A DNA stretch of 64,000 bases from Betaproteobacteria bacterium UBA5216 (lineage in GTDB: Bacteria; Pseudomonadota; Gammaproteobacteria; Burkholderiales; SG8-41): positions 1,231-65,230 of the forward strand of contig DHVE01000053.1 of the NCBI GenBank assembly GCA_002412495.1, read 5' to 3'. Below are positions 19,401 to 29,100 of the stretch, in pieces (positions within the stretch are counted from its first letter, which is position 1; every line of letters begins with the position of its first letter). Both the position numbers and the translations under genes were made by a program. Below the pieces are notes generated by a model. That model worked only from the letters and a program-made list of their open reading frames with translations. It was not told the origin of the DNA and searched no databases.

Positions 19401-19631
19401 ATGAGAAAGACGCTAAAAGTGAACGAAAGTTCAGTGATGTATAGAAAAATTGATGAACTGGTGATGTCCGAAATGGACCGTACGCAAGCCGTGGGTGCGC
19501 TTAAAGCGGCAGATCGGCTAGCCGACGCTTACGACGGGCTGAAACGCATCATCTCCCGGGCTGCAGTCCTTTGGACGTCCGCCCCCACCATCAAGCACCC
19601 GACGCTGAAGCACCAGCTGAAGCACCAATAG
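19401..19631 (+). CDS. Small hypothetical protein
   Basis: 76-aa ORF in a locally AT-rich segment. AGGAG lies 7 nt upstream of the ATG. The C-terminus is KHPTLKHQLKHQ. No family recognised. Confidence 0.45.
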   Translation: MRKTLKVNESSVMYRKIDELVMSEMDRTQAVGALKAADRLADAYDGLKRIISRAAVLWTSAPTIKHPTLKHQLKHQ

Positions 19632-19696
19632 CCTGCGGGCTGCTTATGCCGGGAGATGGCGGCGCACGGTAGCCTCTCCCCCGCCGTCTTCTCTAG

Positions 19697-19728
19697 CGCG
19701 TAGCGAACCGACTGCGCGTTTTTATTTT
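19697..19728 (+). terminator. Candidate rho-independent terminator
   Basis: A 7-bp stem (CGCGTAG / CTGCGCG, one G-U pair) with an 8-nt loop, followed by TTTTTATTTT. It lies 65 nt after the small ORF stop, and its T-tract overlaps the convergent gpx stop codon. Confidence 0.4.
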
Positions 19729-20312
19729 GGCGTGTGCCGCGCACGCAGCATGTCCTGAATTCGCGCTATGATTTCCGGCGCATCGGGTTCCACGGCGCTG
19801 TGGAATCCGTGAACGGTTTTGCCGTCGGGCGCAATCAAGTACTTGTGAAAATTCCACTGCGGCGCCCCGCCGGTCGCCGTCGCCAGCGCTCGATACAACG
19901 GACTCGCCTTGGCGCCTGTCACCGCGCTCTGCTCGATCATCGGAAATTCAATCGCATAAGTCAGCAAACAAAACTTGGCGATCTCCTGGTTCGTCGCCAG
20001 TTCCTGATTGAAATCATTGGACGGGAATCCCAACACCACCAACCCGCGCTTGCCGTATTGCCTGTTCAACGCCTCCAGTTTTTCGAACTGCGGCGTGTAT
20101 CCACACTTGCTCGCGGTGTTGACTATCAGAATCGGACGGTTCGCGAACTCACACAAATGAACAGGCTTGCCCTCTAGCGATGTGAATCGATGATCGAGCA
20201 ACGGCGGACATGCGCTCGCGGCCGGCGTTCCGAGCAGCGCCGCCACCAACATCACGATGATCCCGCGCGCGCGGAATGCATGTAACGATTGCAGTGATTT
20301 CGGCAATTTCAT
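19722..20312 (-). CDS. Glutathione peroxidase (Cys-type)
   Basis: 196 aa. NTASKCGYT active-site block and GFPSNDFNQE. Signal-like N-terminus. Confidence 0.85.
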   Translation of the reverse strand: MKLPKSLQSLHAFRARGIIVMLVAALLGTPAASACPPLLDHRFTSLEGKPVHLCEFANRPILIVNTASKCGYTPQFEKLEALNRQYGKRGLVVLGFPSNDFNQELATNQEIAKFCLLTYAIEFPMIEQSAVTGAKASPLYRALATATGGAPQWNFHKYLIAPDGKTVHGFHSAVEPDAPEIIARIQDMLRARHTPK

Positions 20313-20527
20313 CAGATTCTTCTCGCGGTAATGTCCATGCGCCTGCCATTATAAACACGGTCGTACCGGCGGTACCGCATGGCTGGTGAAATCTATTCAT
20401 GCGAGGAATTGAACTTAATACGGTACCGTGTGCCCCATTAGCTGTCAGGCTTTGCAGCCAACGTTGAATTTTATTGACGCGCGACGATACATTTTTTTGA
20501 TATTTCAATTCACGCACAGGAGTCGCC

Positions 20528-21190
20528 ATGTTTAATTCCAGGGATGCGCTGTTCGGCAAGAGAGAAGATTTCTCGCAGAAGGATCCGAGAGACCCAAAGG
20601 ATAGCCGGTCACAAGGCGCTTTGCCACGCAGCCTTGCAGCCACGGGCCACGCGGAAGCCGCGCTGGCTGCCACGGAGCCGACCACGGGTGCGCAATCTCC
20701 CGCGACGCCTGTCGCGACATCAGGCAGCAAGCTCATTGTCGGTCCCGACATCAAGCTCAAGGGCGTGGAAATCACCGACTGCGACACACTGGTGGTCGAG
20801 GGCCGTGTGGAAGCCTCGATGGACAGCCGAGTCATCCAGATCGCGGAGCATGGCGTGTACTCGGGCACCGTCGGGATAGATGTCGCCGAAATTTACGGCC
20901 GCTTCGAAGGGGAACTCACCGCGCGCAAACAGCTGGTGATACATGCCACCGGGCGCGTGACCGGAACTATCCGCTACGGCAAGCTCACGGTGGAAGACGG
21001 CGGTGAAATTTCCGGTGACATACGCACGTTGTCGAGTGTGCCATCCGCGTCCGAGCGCAAGCCCGCCGGCCCGGATATGCCGGTGGATATCATGACACCC
21101 TATGATCCGTTTGCGCACAAGGGCAAATCAGGCGCCAAGGCAGCACACGCGCCGCACGCCCCCATCTCACCAGCGTCCGGCACACACTGA
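20528..21190 (+). CDS. Bactofilin family polymer-forming protein
   Basis: 220 aa. Disordered N-terminus, then a repetitive beta-helix-like core (KLKGVEITDCDTLVVEGRVEA...YGRFEGELTA...VTGTIRYGKLTVEDGGEISGDI). Confidence 0.75.
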   Translation: MFNSRDALFGKREDFSQKDPRDPKDSRSQGALPRSLAATGHAEAALAATEPTTGAQSPATPVATSGSKLIVGPDIKLKGVEITDCDTLVVEGRVEASMDSRVIQIAEHGVYSGTVGIDVAEIYGRFEGELTARKQLVIHATGRVTGTIRYGKLTVEDGGEISGDIRTLSSVPSASERKPAGPDMPVDIMTPYDPFAHKGKSGAKAAHAPHAPISPASGTH

Positions 21191-21202
21191 GACCGGAAAT
21201 AA

Positions 21203-21916
21203 TCAGTTCGCGGTAGTGGATTCCGCAGGCCCCGCGGGCACAGCGGGTGTTGTCACGGTGTCCGTCACCGTAGCGACGGGCGGCGGTGACGGCGTGACCT
21301 GGGTTGGTGACGATGGTGCCACCGCCGCCTGTGCACGATCAAATTCCGCGAGGATCATATCGTTCAAGTCGGTTGGCAGCGGCACCAGCCGTTGACGCAG
21401 CACCGACGCCATTTGCTCGCGTGATTCAAGCGGCATTTTTTCATACTCGGCACGCGCTTCCTGCGCGATCTGCCGCTTGCGCTCAAAGGACAGCGCATTG
21501 ATTTGCTCGTGCGCCTGCCGCACGGCCGATGCCTTTATCGCCAGATCCGCAATGATGGCCGGCACTTCAGCGGCATTCTTGGGATCGGCAATGATGCGCC
21601 GCACGCTGACATACACTTCATTCCGCTGCGACGAAGTCAAATGTACAAAACCTTCATCGATGAGTAAACGCAACTGCGCGTCGCTTAATCCGAAGGTAGC
21701 TGAAAAATCCGCGCCGCCGGGTGGCGCGCGCGGCGCGACGACGTTCGAGCGACTCGCGCCCTCCACCGCGCTTTCCACCCCACTGGTAATGATTTTGTCG
21801 CGCAACAAACGCAGCAGGATCAGCGTCAATGGATCCGCAGCCTGCGCGGGCGCGCAGCCGATCGCCAGTGCGACAGCGCCTACAACGCTTCGGACGTGAC
21901 TTTTCACATGCCGCAT
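21203..21916 (-). CDS. Secreted hypothetical protein with a Pro/Thr-rich C-terminus
   Basis: 237 aa. Signal peptide (VVGAVALAIGCAPAQA). No family recognised. Confidence 0.55.
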   Translation of the reverse strand: MRHVKSHVRSVVGAVALAIGCAPAQAADPLTLILLRLLRDKIITSGVESAVEGASRSNVVAPRAPPGGADFSATFGLSDAQLRLLIDEGFVHLTSSQRNEVYVSVRRIIADPKNAAEVPAIIADLAIKASAVRQAHEQINALSFERKRQIAQEARAEYEKMPLESREQMASVLRQRLVPLPTDLNDMILAEFDRAQAAVAPSSPTQVTPSPPPVATVTDTVTTPAVPAGPAESTTAN

Positions 21917-22127
21917 GGCTCTTCCTCGTTTGGGAATCCTCTCAAAAAGTGACGACTGTTTGCGTCAGAGAGGTTCTAACCTTATGTTTTTTAGGCAAAA
22001 ATACGCTTGCCAGTTTAAATGTCAAGCGGACGGAGGCACCCAGTAATCGTCTAACGCCTCGCCGCGGCATCAGCGGAATGTGAATTTATTTTTTATAAAC
22101 AACAACTTATATTCATCTCGTGACAGC

Positions 22128-23219
22128 CTACGGCTTGCGTATACGCCCCGAGGAGAGGTTTTCAAGCGTTTGCAGACAACTGATGATTTCGCGCGATACC
22201 GCGGACAGTGATACCTGCTTGTCAACCGCGCCTATTTCAAATGCCACGCGCGGCATGCCATACACCACACAGCTGCCGGCGTCCTGCCCAATGGTCATGG
22301 CGCCAGCCTGCTTCATGTGCAACAGGCCCTGGGCCCCGTCCGTACCCATGCCGCTGAGAATCACGCCGACGGCATGCCGCCCCGCTTGCTGCGCCACGGA
22401 ATCAAACAGCGGGTCCACCGAGGGCCGGTGCCCATTCAGCAGCGGGCCGTCATTGAGCAACGTAATCCATCCACTGACGCCGCGCCCGAGTTTCAGATGC
22501 TGATTCCCAGGCGCAATGTAAACATGCCCGGGATGAAGAATATCGCCTTGCGAGGCTTCTTTTACCCTGAGTGCGCACATCGAATTCAGACGCGCGGCAA
22601 ACAGCCGCGTGAAGGGTTGTGGCAAGTGCTGCACGATCAGCACGGGCGGCACGCTTTCGGGCAATCCTTGCAGCACCGTTGTGATTGCTTCGATGCCCCC
22701 GGTGGAGGCGCCTATGGCGATCACCGCATTGCGAGCCGCCATCCCCAGGGTTACCGACGGTTGCGCCGACGCAGATTGGCTCCCCGCCCAGCCCCGGCCC
22801 GCGATCTGTGGCCCCGCCGCCGCCGCGATGCGCACCTTGCTTACGATGTCACTGGCGAACTGGGAGATCAGCGTGTTGCTCGTCTGCATCGCGGGCTTGG
22901 TGACAAAATCCACCGCGCCCAATTGCAATGCGCGCAATGTCGCCTCGCCGCCCGCCACGGTCAGCGTTGAGACCATGACCACCGGCATCGGGCGCAGGCG
23001 CATGATTTTTTCGAGAAAGGTCAGGCCATCCATGCGCGGCATCTCGATGTCGAGCAATACCACGTCGGGCGAAAGCGCCTTAATTTTTTCGCGCGCGTCA
23101 AACGGATCCTGCGCCGTGCCAGCCACCATCATGTCGGATTGCGCATTGACAAATTGCGCGATCAGCTCGCGCATGACCTGCGAATCGTCAACGATGATGA
23201 CACGCGTTTTCGCCGCCAC
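22128..23219 (-). CDS. cheB: Protein-glutamate methylesterase/glutaminase CheB
   Basis: 363 aa. REC domain (VIIVDDSQVMRE...DVVLLDIEMPRMDG) plus an esterase domain (IGASTGG, GMGTDGA). Confidence 0.9.
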   Translation of the reverse strand: MAAKTRVIIVDDSQVMRELIAQFVNAQSDMMVAGTAQDPFDAREKIKALSPDVVLLDIEMPRMDGLTFLEKIMRLRPMPVVMVSTLTVAGGEATLRALQLGAVDFVTKPAMQTSNTLISQFASDIVSKVRIAAAAGPQIAGRGWAGSQSASAQPSVTLGMAARNAVIAIGASTGGIEAITTVLQGLPESVPPVLIVQHLPQPFTRLFAARLNSMCALRVKEASQGDILHPGHVYIAPGNQHLKLGRGVSGWITLLNDGPLLNGHRPSVDPLFDSVAQQAGRHAVGVILSGMGTDGAQGLLHMKQAGAMTIGQDAGSCVVYGMPRVAFEIGAVDKQVSLSAVSREIISCLQTLENLSSGRIRKP

Positions 23220-23222
23220 GGC

Positions 23223-23849
23223 TTAGTCCTCGAACAATTCCACGCGGCTGCTGATCGATTTTTTCTCGATCTCGACGGCATAGGCGCGCTCGCGATCAAT
23301 CAGCGTATCGTTGTGCAACTGGCGCAGTTCCTTCACCAGCACCCGGCCCGATTCGACGAAGAAATACACCTTGCGGGCGTGATTGCCGCCGACGTCTTTT
23401 GCCACGACGGAAATGCCTTCGCGGTTCAGGTAAGCCAGCGCGAACTCCGCGTTGCGCGCACCGACATCGCTCATGCCGGGCAGCACGCGCCCCGCCCCGA
23501 ACACCTTGGCCACCAACCGGCCGCGGTGAGCGCCCATCGTCAACAAATTGTTGATCAGCATCTCCATCGCGTGCGCGCCATAACGCGCCGGCTCGCTCAC
23601 CACTGACTGCGAACCCGAACGGTCGGGCAGCATGAAATGATTCATGCCGCCAATGCGGGAAACCGGGTCCATCAGGCACACCGAAACGCACGATCCGAGC
23701 ACCGTCACGATCAGGATATTGCGCTGGCTGGCATATAACTCACCGGGCGCTATTTTCGCTGCGTGCATCGCGAAATGCGAATCGTAATACAAACCCGGGC
23801 TGTCATTTTCAAGATTGGGAAACGCGGTCCCGCGCGGCTTTTCGGTCAT
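23223..23849 (-). CDS. cheD: Chemoreceptor glutamine deamidase CheD
   Basis: The track ORF extends to 24059. I prefer the ATG at 23849 (MTEKPRG...), which makes an ATGA overlap with the cheR stop. LGSCVSVCL and GGMNHFMLP motifs. Confidence 0.85.
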   Translation of the reverse strand: MTEKPRGTAFPNLENDSPGLYYDSHFAMHAAKIAPGELYASQRNILIVTVLGSCVSVCLMDPVSRIGGMNHFMLPDRSGSQSVVSEPARYGAHAMEMLINNLLTMGAHRGRLVAKVFGAGRVLPGMSDVGARNAEFALAYLNREGISVVAKDVGGNHARKVYFFVESGRVLVKELRQLHNDTLIDRERAYAVEIEKKSISSRVELFED

Positions 23850-24697
23850 GGGTATCCTAAACGCGCCGCAGCCTGCGATGCATCGCTCGCGACGCGATAA
23901 GTCGTTGCGCCCAGCGGGGTGAACAAATCCTTTGCATTGAAAAATGCCTCTGAATGTCCGGCAAACAACAAGCCATGCGGTTGCCGCAGCAACGGCACAA
24001 AACGCTTGAGTATCCGGTACTGTGTTTCTTTGTCGAAATAGATCATGACGTTGCGACAAAAAATGGCATCAAACTGTCCTTCAATGGGCCATTCGGCCTG
24101 CATCAGGTTGAGCATGCGGAATTGAATGCCGCGCTTGAGATCGTCCTTTACTTTAACAAGCCCTTGGTAACTGCCATCGCCGCACAAGAAATATTTTTTC
24201 AACTGCGCCGCGTCCATCCCCTCGACCTTCTCGCGCTCGTAGATGCCGCGCTCGGCGCCTTGCAATACGGTGGTGTTGATGTCCGTGGCGAGGATGCTGA
24301 CCGGCACCTGTGAATCCTCCATGTATTCCCGGCAGGTAATCGCAATCGAATAGGGCTCTTCGCCCGACGCGCAACCGCAGCTCCATATGCGAGCCGGCCG
24401 GGGCGCCGCAGGCAATACCTGGTCCGCCAGAATACGAAAATGATGACGTTCGCGGAAAAAACTCGTCAGATTGGTGGTCAGTATATTGATAAACCGAGTC
24501 CACTCGTGCTGCCCCGCGTTATCCAGGTAATCGAGATAGGCGCGCACGGACTCCAGTCCGAGCCGGCGCAACTCCCGCGTCAGGCGGCTGTACACCATTT
24601 CTTTGCGCGTATCGCCCAAATGTATGCCGGCGATACGATACAGATGGTCCGCCACCCGCTCGTAATCCGATTGTTCGTATTTAAACTCCTTTGACAC
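23846..24697 (-). CDS. cheR: Chemotaxis protein methyltransferase CheR
   Basis: 283 aa. TSFFRERHHF and IWSCGCASGEEPYSIA SAM-binding motifs. Confidence 0.9.
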   Translation of the reverse strand: MSKEFKYEQSDYERVADHLYRIAGIHLGDTRKEMVYSRLTRELRRLGLESVRAYLDYLDNAGQHEWTRFINILTTNLTSFFRERHHFRILADQVLPAAPRPARIWSCGCASGEEPYSIAITCREYMEDSQVPVSILATDINTTVLQGAERGIYEREKVEGMDAAQLKKYFLCGDGSYQGLVKVKDDLKRGIQFRMLNLMQAEWPIEGQFDAIFCRNVMIYFDKETQYRILKRFVPLLRQPHGLLFAGHSEAFFNAKDLFTPLGATTYRVASDASQAAARLGYP

Positions 24698-24754
24698 CGT
24701 TATACGCTACTCAATCCTGGTAATCCTGTGCGCCCGCCGACCCTGTGTCCCGCG

Positions 24755-25246
24755 TTACGATGCCACTTTCTCGATCAGCTGCAGGTCTTCGCTGCTCATC
24801 AGGCGCTCGATGTCCACTACGATCAGCATGCGCCCCTCGACGGTTGCCATGCCGGAGATGAATTCCGTGTTGATGGTGGAACCAAAGCGCGGCGCTTCGC
24901 GAATTTCTTCCAGCGGAACCGCGATGACGTCCGATACACTGTCCACCACCACGCCTATCATTTTTTTATTTAAATTCAATATGATAACTATGGTTGTTGC
25001 ATCATAGCTCACGTTCGCAAGACGAAACTTGATGCGCAAATCCACGATCGGCACGATATTGCCGCGCAGGTTGATCACACCTTTGATGAAGTCGGGGGTG
25101 TTGGCAATAGACGTTACGGTGTCATAGCCACGTATCTCCTGCACTTTGAGTATATCGATGCAGTACTCTTCCTGGGCCAGCCGGAACGTCAGAAACTCTT
25201 TTTTTACCGCGGCACGCGCCGCATCGTCTGCTCGAACATCACTCAC
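24755..25246 (-). CDS. cheW: Chemotaxis coupling protein CheW
   Basis: 163 aa. The FLTFRLAQEEYCIDILKVQEIRGY pattern is typical of CheW. Confidence 0.9.
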   Translation of the reverse strand: MSDVRADDAARAAVKKEFLTFRLAQEEYCIDILKVQEIRGYDTVTSIANTPDFIKGVINLRGNIVPIVDLRIKFRLANVSYDATTIVIILNLNKKMIGVVVDSVSDVIAVPLEEIREAPRFGSTINTEFISGMATVEGRMLIVVDIERLMSSEDLQLIEKVAS

Positions 25247-25318
25247 TTGAACCTCCTGTATTTCTTCGCATGGTTACGCCAATACGCTATTAAGCTGATA
25301 CGTTAGTAGGCCGAACCG

Positions 25319-27343
25319 TCAGACCGCCACCACCCTGGGCGCATCCACGACTTTCGGAGCGCCCCGATGCTGTTCCTTGATGGATGCATGCTGCTTTACG
25401 ATTTCAGTGACATCCAGAATTAACGCCACCCTGCCGTCGCCCAAAATGGACGCGCCCGCCATGAAATCGACTTTCCGGTAATTCGCTTCGAGGCTCTTGA
25501 TCACCACCTGATCCTGGCCCAGCAGTTCATCCACCTGAAGTGCGATGGTGCGGTTTTCAACTTCCAGCACCACCAGAACCGACTGCTCCTGCGACGCCGT
25601 GTCCGGCAGGGCGCAAACGTCCGTGAGTTTCAGGATCGGTATATATTCGCCACGCAAATGAATCACGTGACCTTGCCCCACCACCGATTGGACCTGCGTG
25701 GCCGACACCTGCAGGCACTCGCGTATAAACGTAATGGGAATGATGTAGCGTTCATCGGCCGCTCCGACGATCATGCCATCCACGATCGCCAGCGTCAGCG
25801 GCAGATTGATCGTGAACGTCGTGCCCTTGCCCAGCGCCGAGGTGATATCGAGCGAACCGCCCAGTTTGCGCACGTTTTGGCTGACCACGTCCAAGCCCAC
25901 GCCCCTGCCCGATACGCTGCTCACTTTTTGCGCGGTGGAAAACCCCGGCTGCAAAAGCAACGCGAACATCGAAGCTTCGTCGAATTCACCTTCGGCTATC
26001 AATCCGATTTCCACCGCACGCCGGCGCACCAATTCAGGATTGATGCCACGCCCATCGTCCACCACCGTAATCACGAAGCGTCCGCCGCGGTGTTCAGCGT
26101 GTAACGACAGCGTGCCCTTGGCCGGTTTGCCGGCGGCCAGCCGGTCCGCGGGCAATTCGATGCCATGATCCAGCGCATTGCGTACCAGGTGTGTCAGGGG
26201 ATCCACCAATTGCTCAATGACGCTCTTGTCGAGTTCAGACTGTTCGCCGGAAATCTTTAGCTCGACGGCCTTGCCCAATTGCAAACCGAGATCGCGCACC
26301 AGGCGCGGGAACCGGCCAAACACGTGATTCACCGGCATCATGCGGATAGCCAGTATGCGTTCCTGGATATCCTGCACATTGCGTTCCAGTTGTGCAAAAA
26401 CGGAGACCGCGCGCGCATCCTTGATTGCGTCGAGATGCTGGGTCGATTGCTTGAGCATGGTATGCGTGATCACCAGCTCGCCGACCAGATTCACTAGGTC
26501 ATCGATTTTGTCGGTGCGCACGTGCATGGTCACCAGACCAACCTCGCGGCGCGCATCCGGCGAAAAATCCTCGGCGCGGCGCGCCGGTCTGGGCGCCGAC
26601 GGAGACTCGAGCATCACCGGCTCGGCAACCGGCTCGATTTCCAGCGCGCAGCAATTCGATACCCATTCGAATACGTCGCGGATGTCACCGATGGTAGCTT
26701 CGGTTTCCAATGAAATGCGCCACGCCAGATAGCAAGTTGTCGGCACGAATGTCCGCACGTCCGGCAGCGCGGATAAATCGACGATGCAACGCACCGTCCC
26801 GAGATGCGCCAGTTCCTCGATAAAGCGAGCGGGATCGTTGCCGCTGTGAAAAAAATCCTGCGCCGGACGAAACACGATCACATAGGCTTGCTTGGTTCGC
26901 GCAACCACCGTCTCGCCCGCGACCGCCTGCCCGCCAGCGGTCGCACCGCCAGTGCCGGCACGCAGCAACAACTGCAATTCCCTTACGATGCCAGCGCCCG
27001 CCGACGCATCGACCGGCTCCTGCGCCTCGGAAGCGAAGATCCAGTTACGCAGGCAATCCACGCCTCGCAGCAGCACGTTGGTGCATTCGGGAGTTGCCTG
27101 TGCCGTACCTTGACGGAGACGGTCCAGCATGGATTCCATCTCGTGCGCCAGTTCGGCGATGACGCCAAATCCCAGGCTACCCGCGGACCCCTTCAGCGAA
27201 TGTACTGCGCGGAAAATGCCATCCAGGGTTTCCTTGCTGTGCCCATGCTGTTCGAGCCGCAGCAAAGCCTGCTCCACGCTATCAAGGCCTTCGAGGCTCT
27301 CGGCAAAGAAGGTTGCGTGAAAACGGGAAAGATCAAGGCTCAT
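25319..27343 (-). CDS. cheA: Chemotaxis histidine kinase CheA
   Basis: 674 aa. Hpt (FRAVHSLKGSAGSLGF), N box (LVRNALDHGIE), G1 (DDGRGI), G2 (GRGVGLDVV) and a C-terminal CheW-like domain. Confidence 0.9.
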   Translation of the reverse strand: MSLDLSRFHATFFAESLEGLDSVEQALLRLEQHGHSKETLDGIFRAVHSLKGSAGSLGFGVIAELAHEMESMLDRLRQGTAQATPECTNVLLRGVDCLRNWIFASEAQEPVDASAGAGIVRELQLLLRAGTGGATAGGQAVAGETVVARTKQAYVIVFRPAQDFFHSGNDPARFIEELAHLGTVRCIVDLSALPDVRTFVPTTCYLAWRISLETEATIGDIRDVFEWVSNCCALEIEPVAEPVMLESPSAPRPARRAEDFSPDARREVGLVTMHVRTDKIDDLVNLVGELVITHTMLKQSTQHLDAIKDARAVSVFAQLERNVQDIQERILAIRMMPVNHVFGRFPRLVRDLGLQLGKAVELKISGEQSELDKSVIEQLVDPLTHLVRNALDHGIELPADRLAAGKPAKGTLSLHAEHRGGRFVITVVDDGRGINPELVRRRAVEIGLIAEGEFDEASMFALLLQPGFSTAQKVSSVSGRGVGLDVVSQNVRKLGGSLDITSALGKGTTFTINLPLTLAIVDGMIVGAADERYIIPITFIRECLQVSATQVQSVVGQGHVIHLRGEYIPILKLTDVCALPDTASQEQSVLVVLEVENRTIALQVDELLGQDQVVIKSLEANYRKVDFMAGASILGDGRVALILDVTEIVKQHASIKEQHRGAPKVVDAPRVVAV

Positions 27344-27367
27344 GTCGTTATCGCTGAAACCGCATCG

Positions 27368-28681
27368 TCAAAATTCCTTCCAGTCGCCATCGTCTCTGGA
27401 GCCGCCGCGCGGCGCCGACGCTAGGCTGGCGGCGGCAACAGCCGGCCCCGCTGAACGGACGGCGACCGCCACGGCGGCTGCTGGTTCAGGCGCGCGGCCG
27501 GCCGCGCCGGACGTTCCGGACGTTCCAACCGTACCGGGCGCAGCGGCGCGCCGGGAAGTACCAGCGACGTTACGCCGGTGATCGAGAAGAACCCTGTCGT
27601 TCTCGTCAATCTTGAACACGCGCGTCATTTCGCGCAGGCGCTGTGCCTGCGTGCGCATGGAATCGGCCGCGGCCGTCGCCTGCTCCACGACTGCAGCATT
27701 CTGCTGCACGACCTCATCCATCTGAAGAATCGCCAGATTGATCTGGTCGATACCGCTGGATTGATCAGCCGAGGCATTGCTGATTTGGTCTATGATTCCA
27801 CTGAGGTTTGCGACGGAATCCACGATTTCATTCATCGTCTTGCCGGCGTTTTCAACCAGCCGGGTGCCCGCATCGACCTTTTCAACGGAGTTGCCGATCA
27901 ATACCTTGATCTCCTTCGCGGCCTCCGCGGATCGCTGCGCAAGGCTGCGAACCTCGGAAGCCACCACCGCAAACCCCCGGCCTTGTTCGCCGGCACGCGC
28001 GGCCTCAACGGCGGCGTTCAACGCGAGAATATTTGTCTGAAATGCGATGCCATCGATAACGGAAATAATATCCGAAATCTTGCGCGAGCTTTCCTGGATA
28101 TCGTTCATGGTCAGCACCACATCGCCCACGACTCTTCCGCCGTTTGCCGCCACCACATTCGCGCTTTTTGCCAGTACATTTGCCTTGCGCGCGCTCTCGG
28201 TGTTTTCCTTCACCGCGGCAGTCAACGCTTCCATGCTGGACGCGGTTTGCTCCAGGGTCGAAGCCTGTTCTTCCGTGCGCTGAGACAGATTGTTATTGCC
28301 ACTCGCCACTTCGTTGGCCGACGTGGCGATGGCTTCCGCGCTGTCGCGAATATCACTCACCATGCGCGTGAGATTTTCATCCATGGTCTTAAGCGCCAGC
28401 ATCAGTTTGCCGAATTCGCCGCGCCCATCGGTTTCTATCGTCACGGTCAAGTCGCCGGCGGCCACCCGATTTGCCAGCGACACCGCCGTCGCGAGCGGTA
28501 TGCTAATGGCGCGCAAGGTAACTATCCACATGACCATCAGCAGCATGATCGTTACCACGACCAGCCCCACCATCACATTACGCGGCCCACCCTGCAAGTG
28601 CATGATACCCACCACCGCCATGCCCAGAATCAGCGCAAGCAAAAACGCAACGCCCAGCCGCAAACTGCTCTTAACGGTCAT
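27368..28681 (-). CDS. Methyl-accepting chemotaxis protein (two TM helices, no periplasmic domain, HAMP, C-terminal DWKEF)
   Basis: 437 aa. Canonical hairpin tip ([39 protein letters not shown]) and the [15 protein letters not shown] block. The two TM segments are about 10 residues apart. Low-complexity tail ending in DWKEF. Confidence 0.9.
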   Translation of the reverse strand: MTVKSSLRLGVAFLLALILGMAVVGIMHLQGGPRNVMVGLVVVTIMLLMVMWIVTLRAISIPLATAVSLANRVAAGDLTVTIETDGRGEFGKLMLALKTMDENLTRMVSDIRDSAEAIATSANEVASGNNNLSQRTEEQASTLEQTASSMEALTAAVKENTESARKANVLAKSANVVAANGGRVVGDVVLTMNDIQESSRKISDIISVIDGIAFQTNILALNAAVEAARAGEQGRGFAVVASEVRSLAQRSAEAAKEIKVLIGNSVEKVDAGTRLVENAGKTMNEIVDSVANLSGIIDQISNASADQSSGIDQINLAILQMDEVVQQNAAVVEQATAAADSMRTQAQRLREMTRVFKIDENDRVLLDHRRNVAGTSRRAAAPGTVGTSGTSGAAGRAPEPAAAVAVAVRSAGPAVAAASLASAPRGGSRDDGDWKEF

Positions 28682-28718
28682 CTAGATACTCTCTAATTAC
28701 CTTCTAATCCAAAAAATG

Positions 28719-29084
28719 CTAAGCCGGCAGCACCTTGCGCAACACGTTCAGCAGCGCTTCCGGATCAAAGGGTTTGACTATCCAGCCCGTCGCGCCCGCC
28801 GCGCGCCCCTTGGATTTCATTTCCGGTTGCGATTCGGTGGTCAACAGTATGATCGGCACAAATTTGTACTCGGGCAACTTGCGTAACTCCGCGACCAGTT
28901 CGATCCCCGTGCGCCCCGGCATGTTCACGTCCGAAATCACCAGATCAAACCGTTGTGTTTGCGCCAGCGCGAGCGCCTCGTCGGTGTTGCCGGCTTCGGC
29001 GACCTTGTGTCCAGCCGAGGCCAGCGTGAAATTGACCATCTGCCGCATGGTCATGGAGTCATCAACAATCATGATATTCGACAC
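28719..29084 (-). CDS. cheY: Single-domain response regulator CheY
   Basis: 121 aa. IMIVDDS..., DLVISDVNMPG, WIVKPF. Confidence 0.9.
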   Translation of the reverse strand: MSNIMIVDDSMTMRQMVNFTLASAGHKVAEAGNTDEALALAQTQRFDLVISDVNMPGRTGIELVAELRKLPEYKFVPIILLTTESQPEMKSKGRAAGATGWIVKPFDPEALLNVLRKVLPA

Positions 29085-29100
29085 AACTCTCTCCCGAAAT

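Noticed and set aside
20149-20868. A 239-aa minus-strand ORF spanning the gpx-bactofilin intergenic region and the bactofilin N-terminus.
   Set aside because: It overlaps two well-supported genes and their divergent promoter region. No motifs are present and the composition is artefactual.
27578-28696. A 372-aa ORF on the plus strand, antisense to the MCP gene.
   Set aside because: It is an antisense shadow ORF typical of high-GC coding DNA. The opposite strand carries unmistakable MCP motifs, and the product is Arg/His/Gly-rich with no recognisable family.
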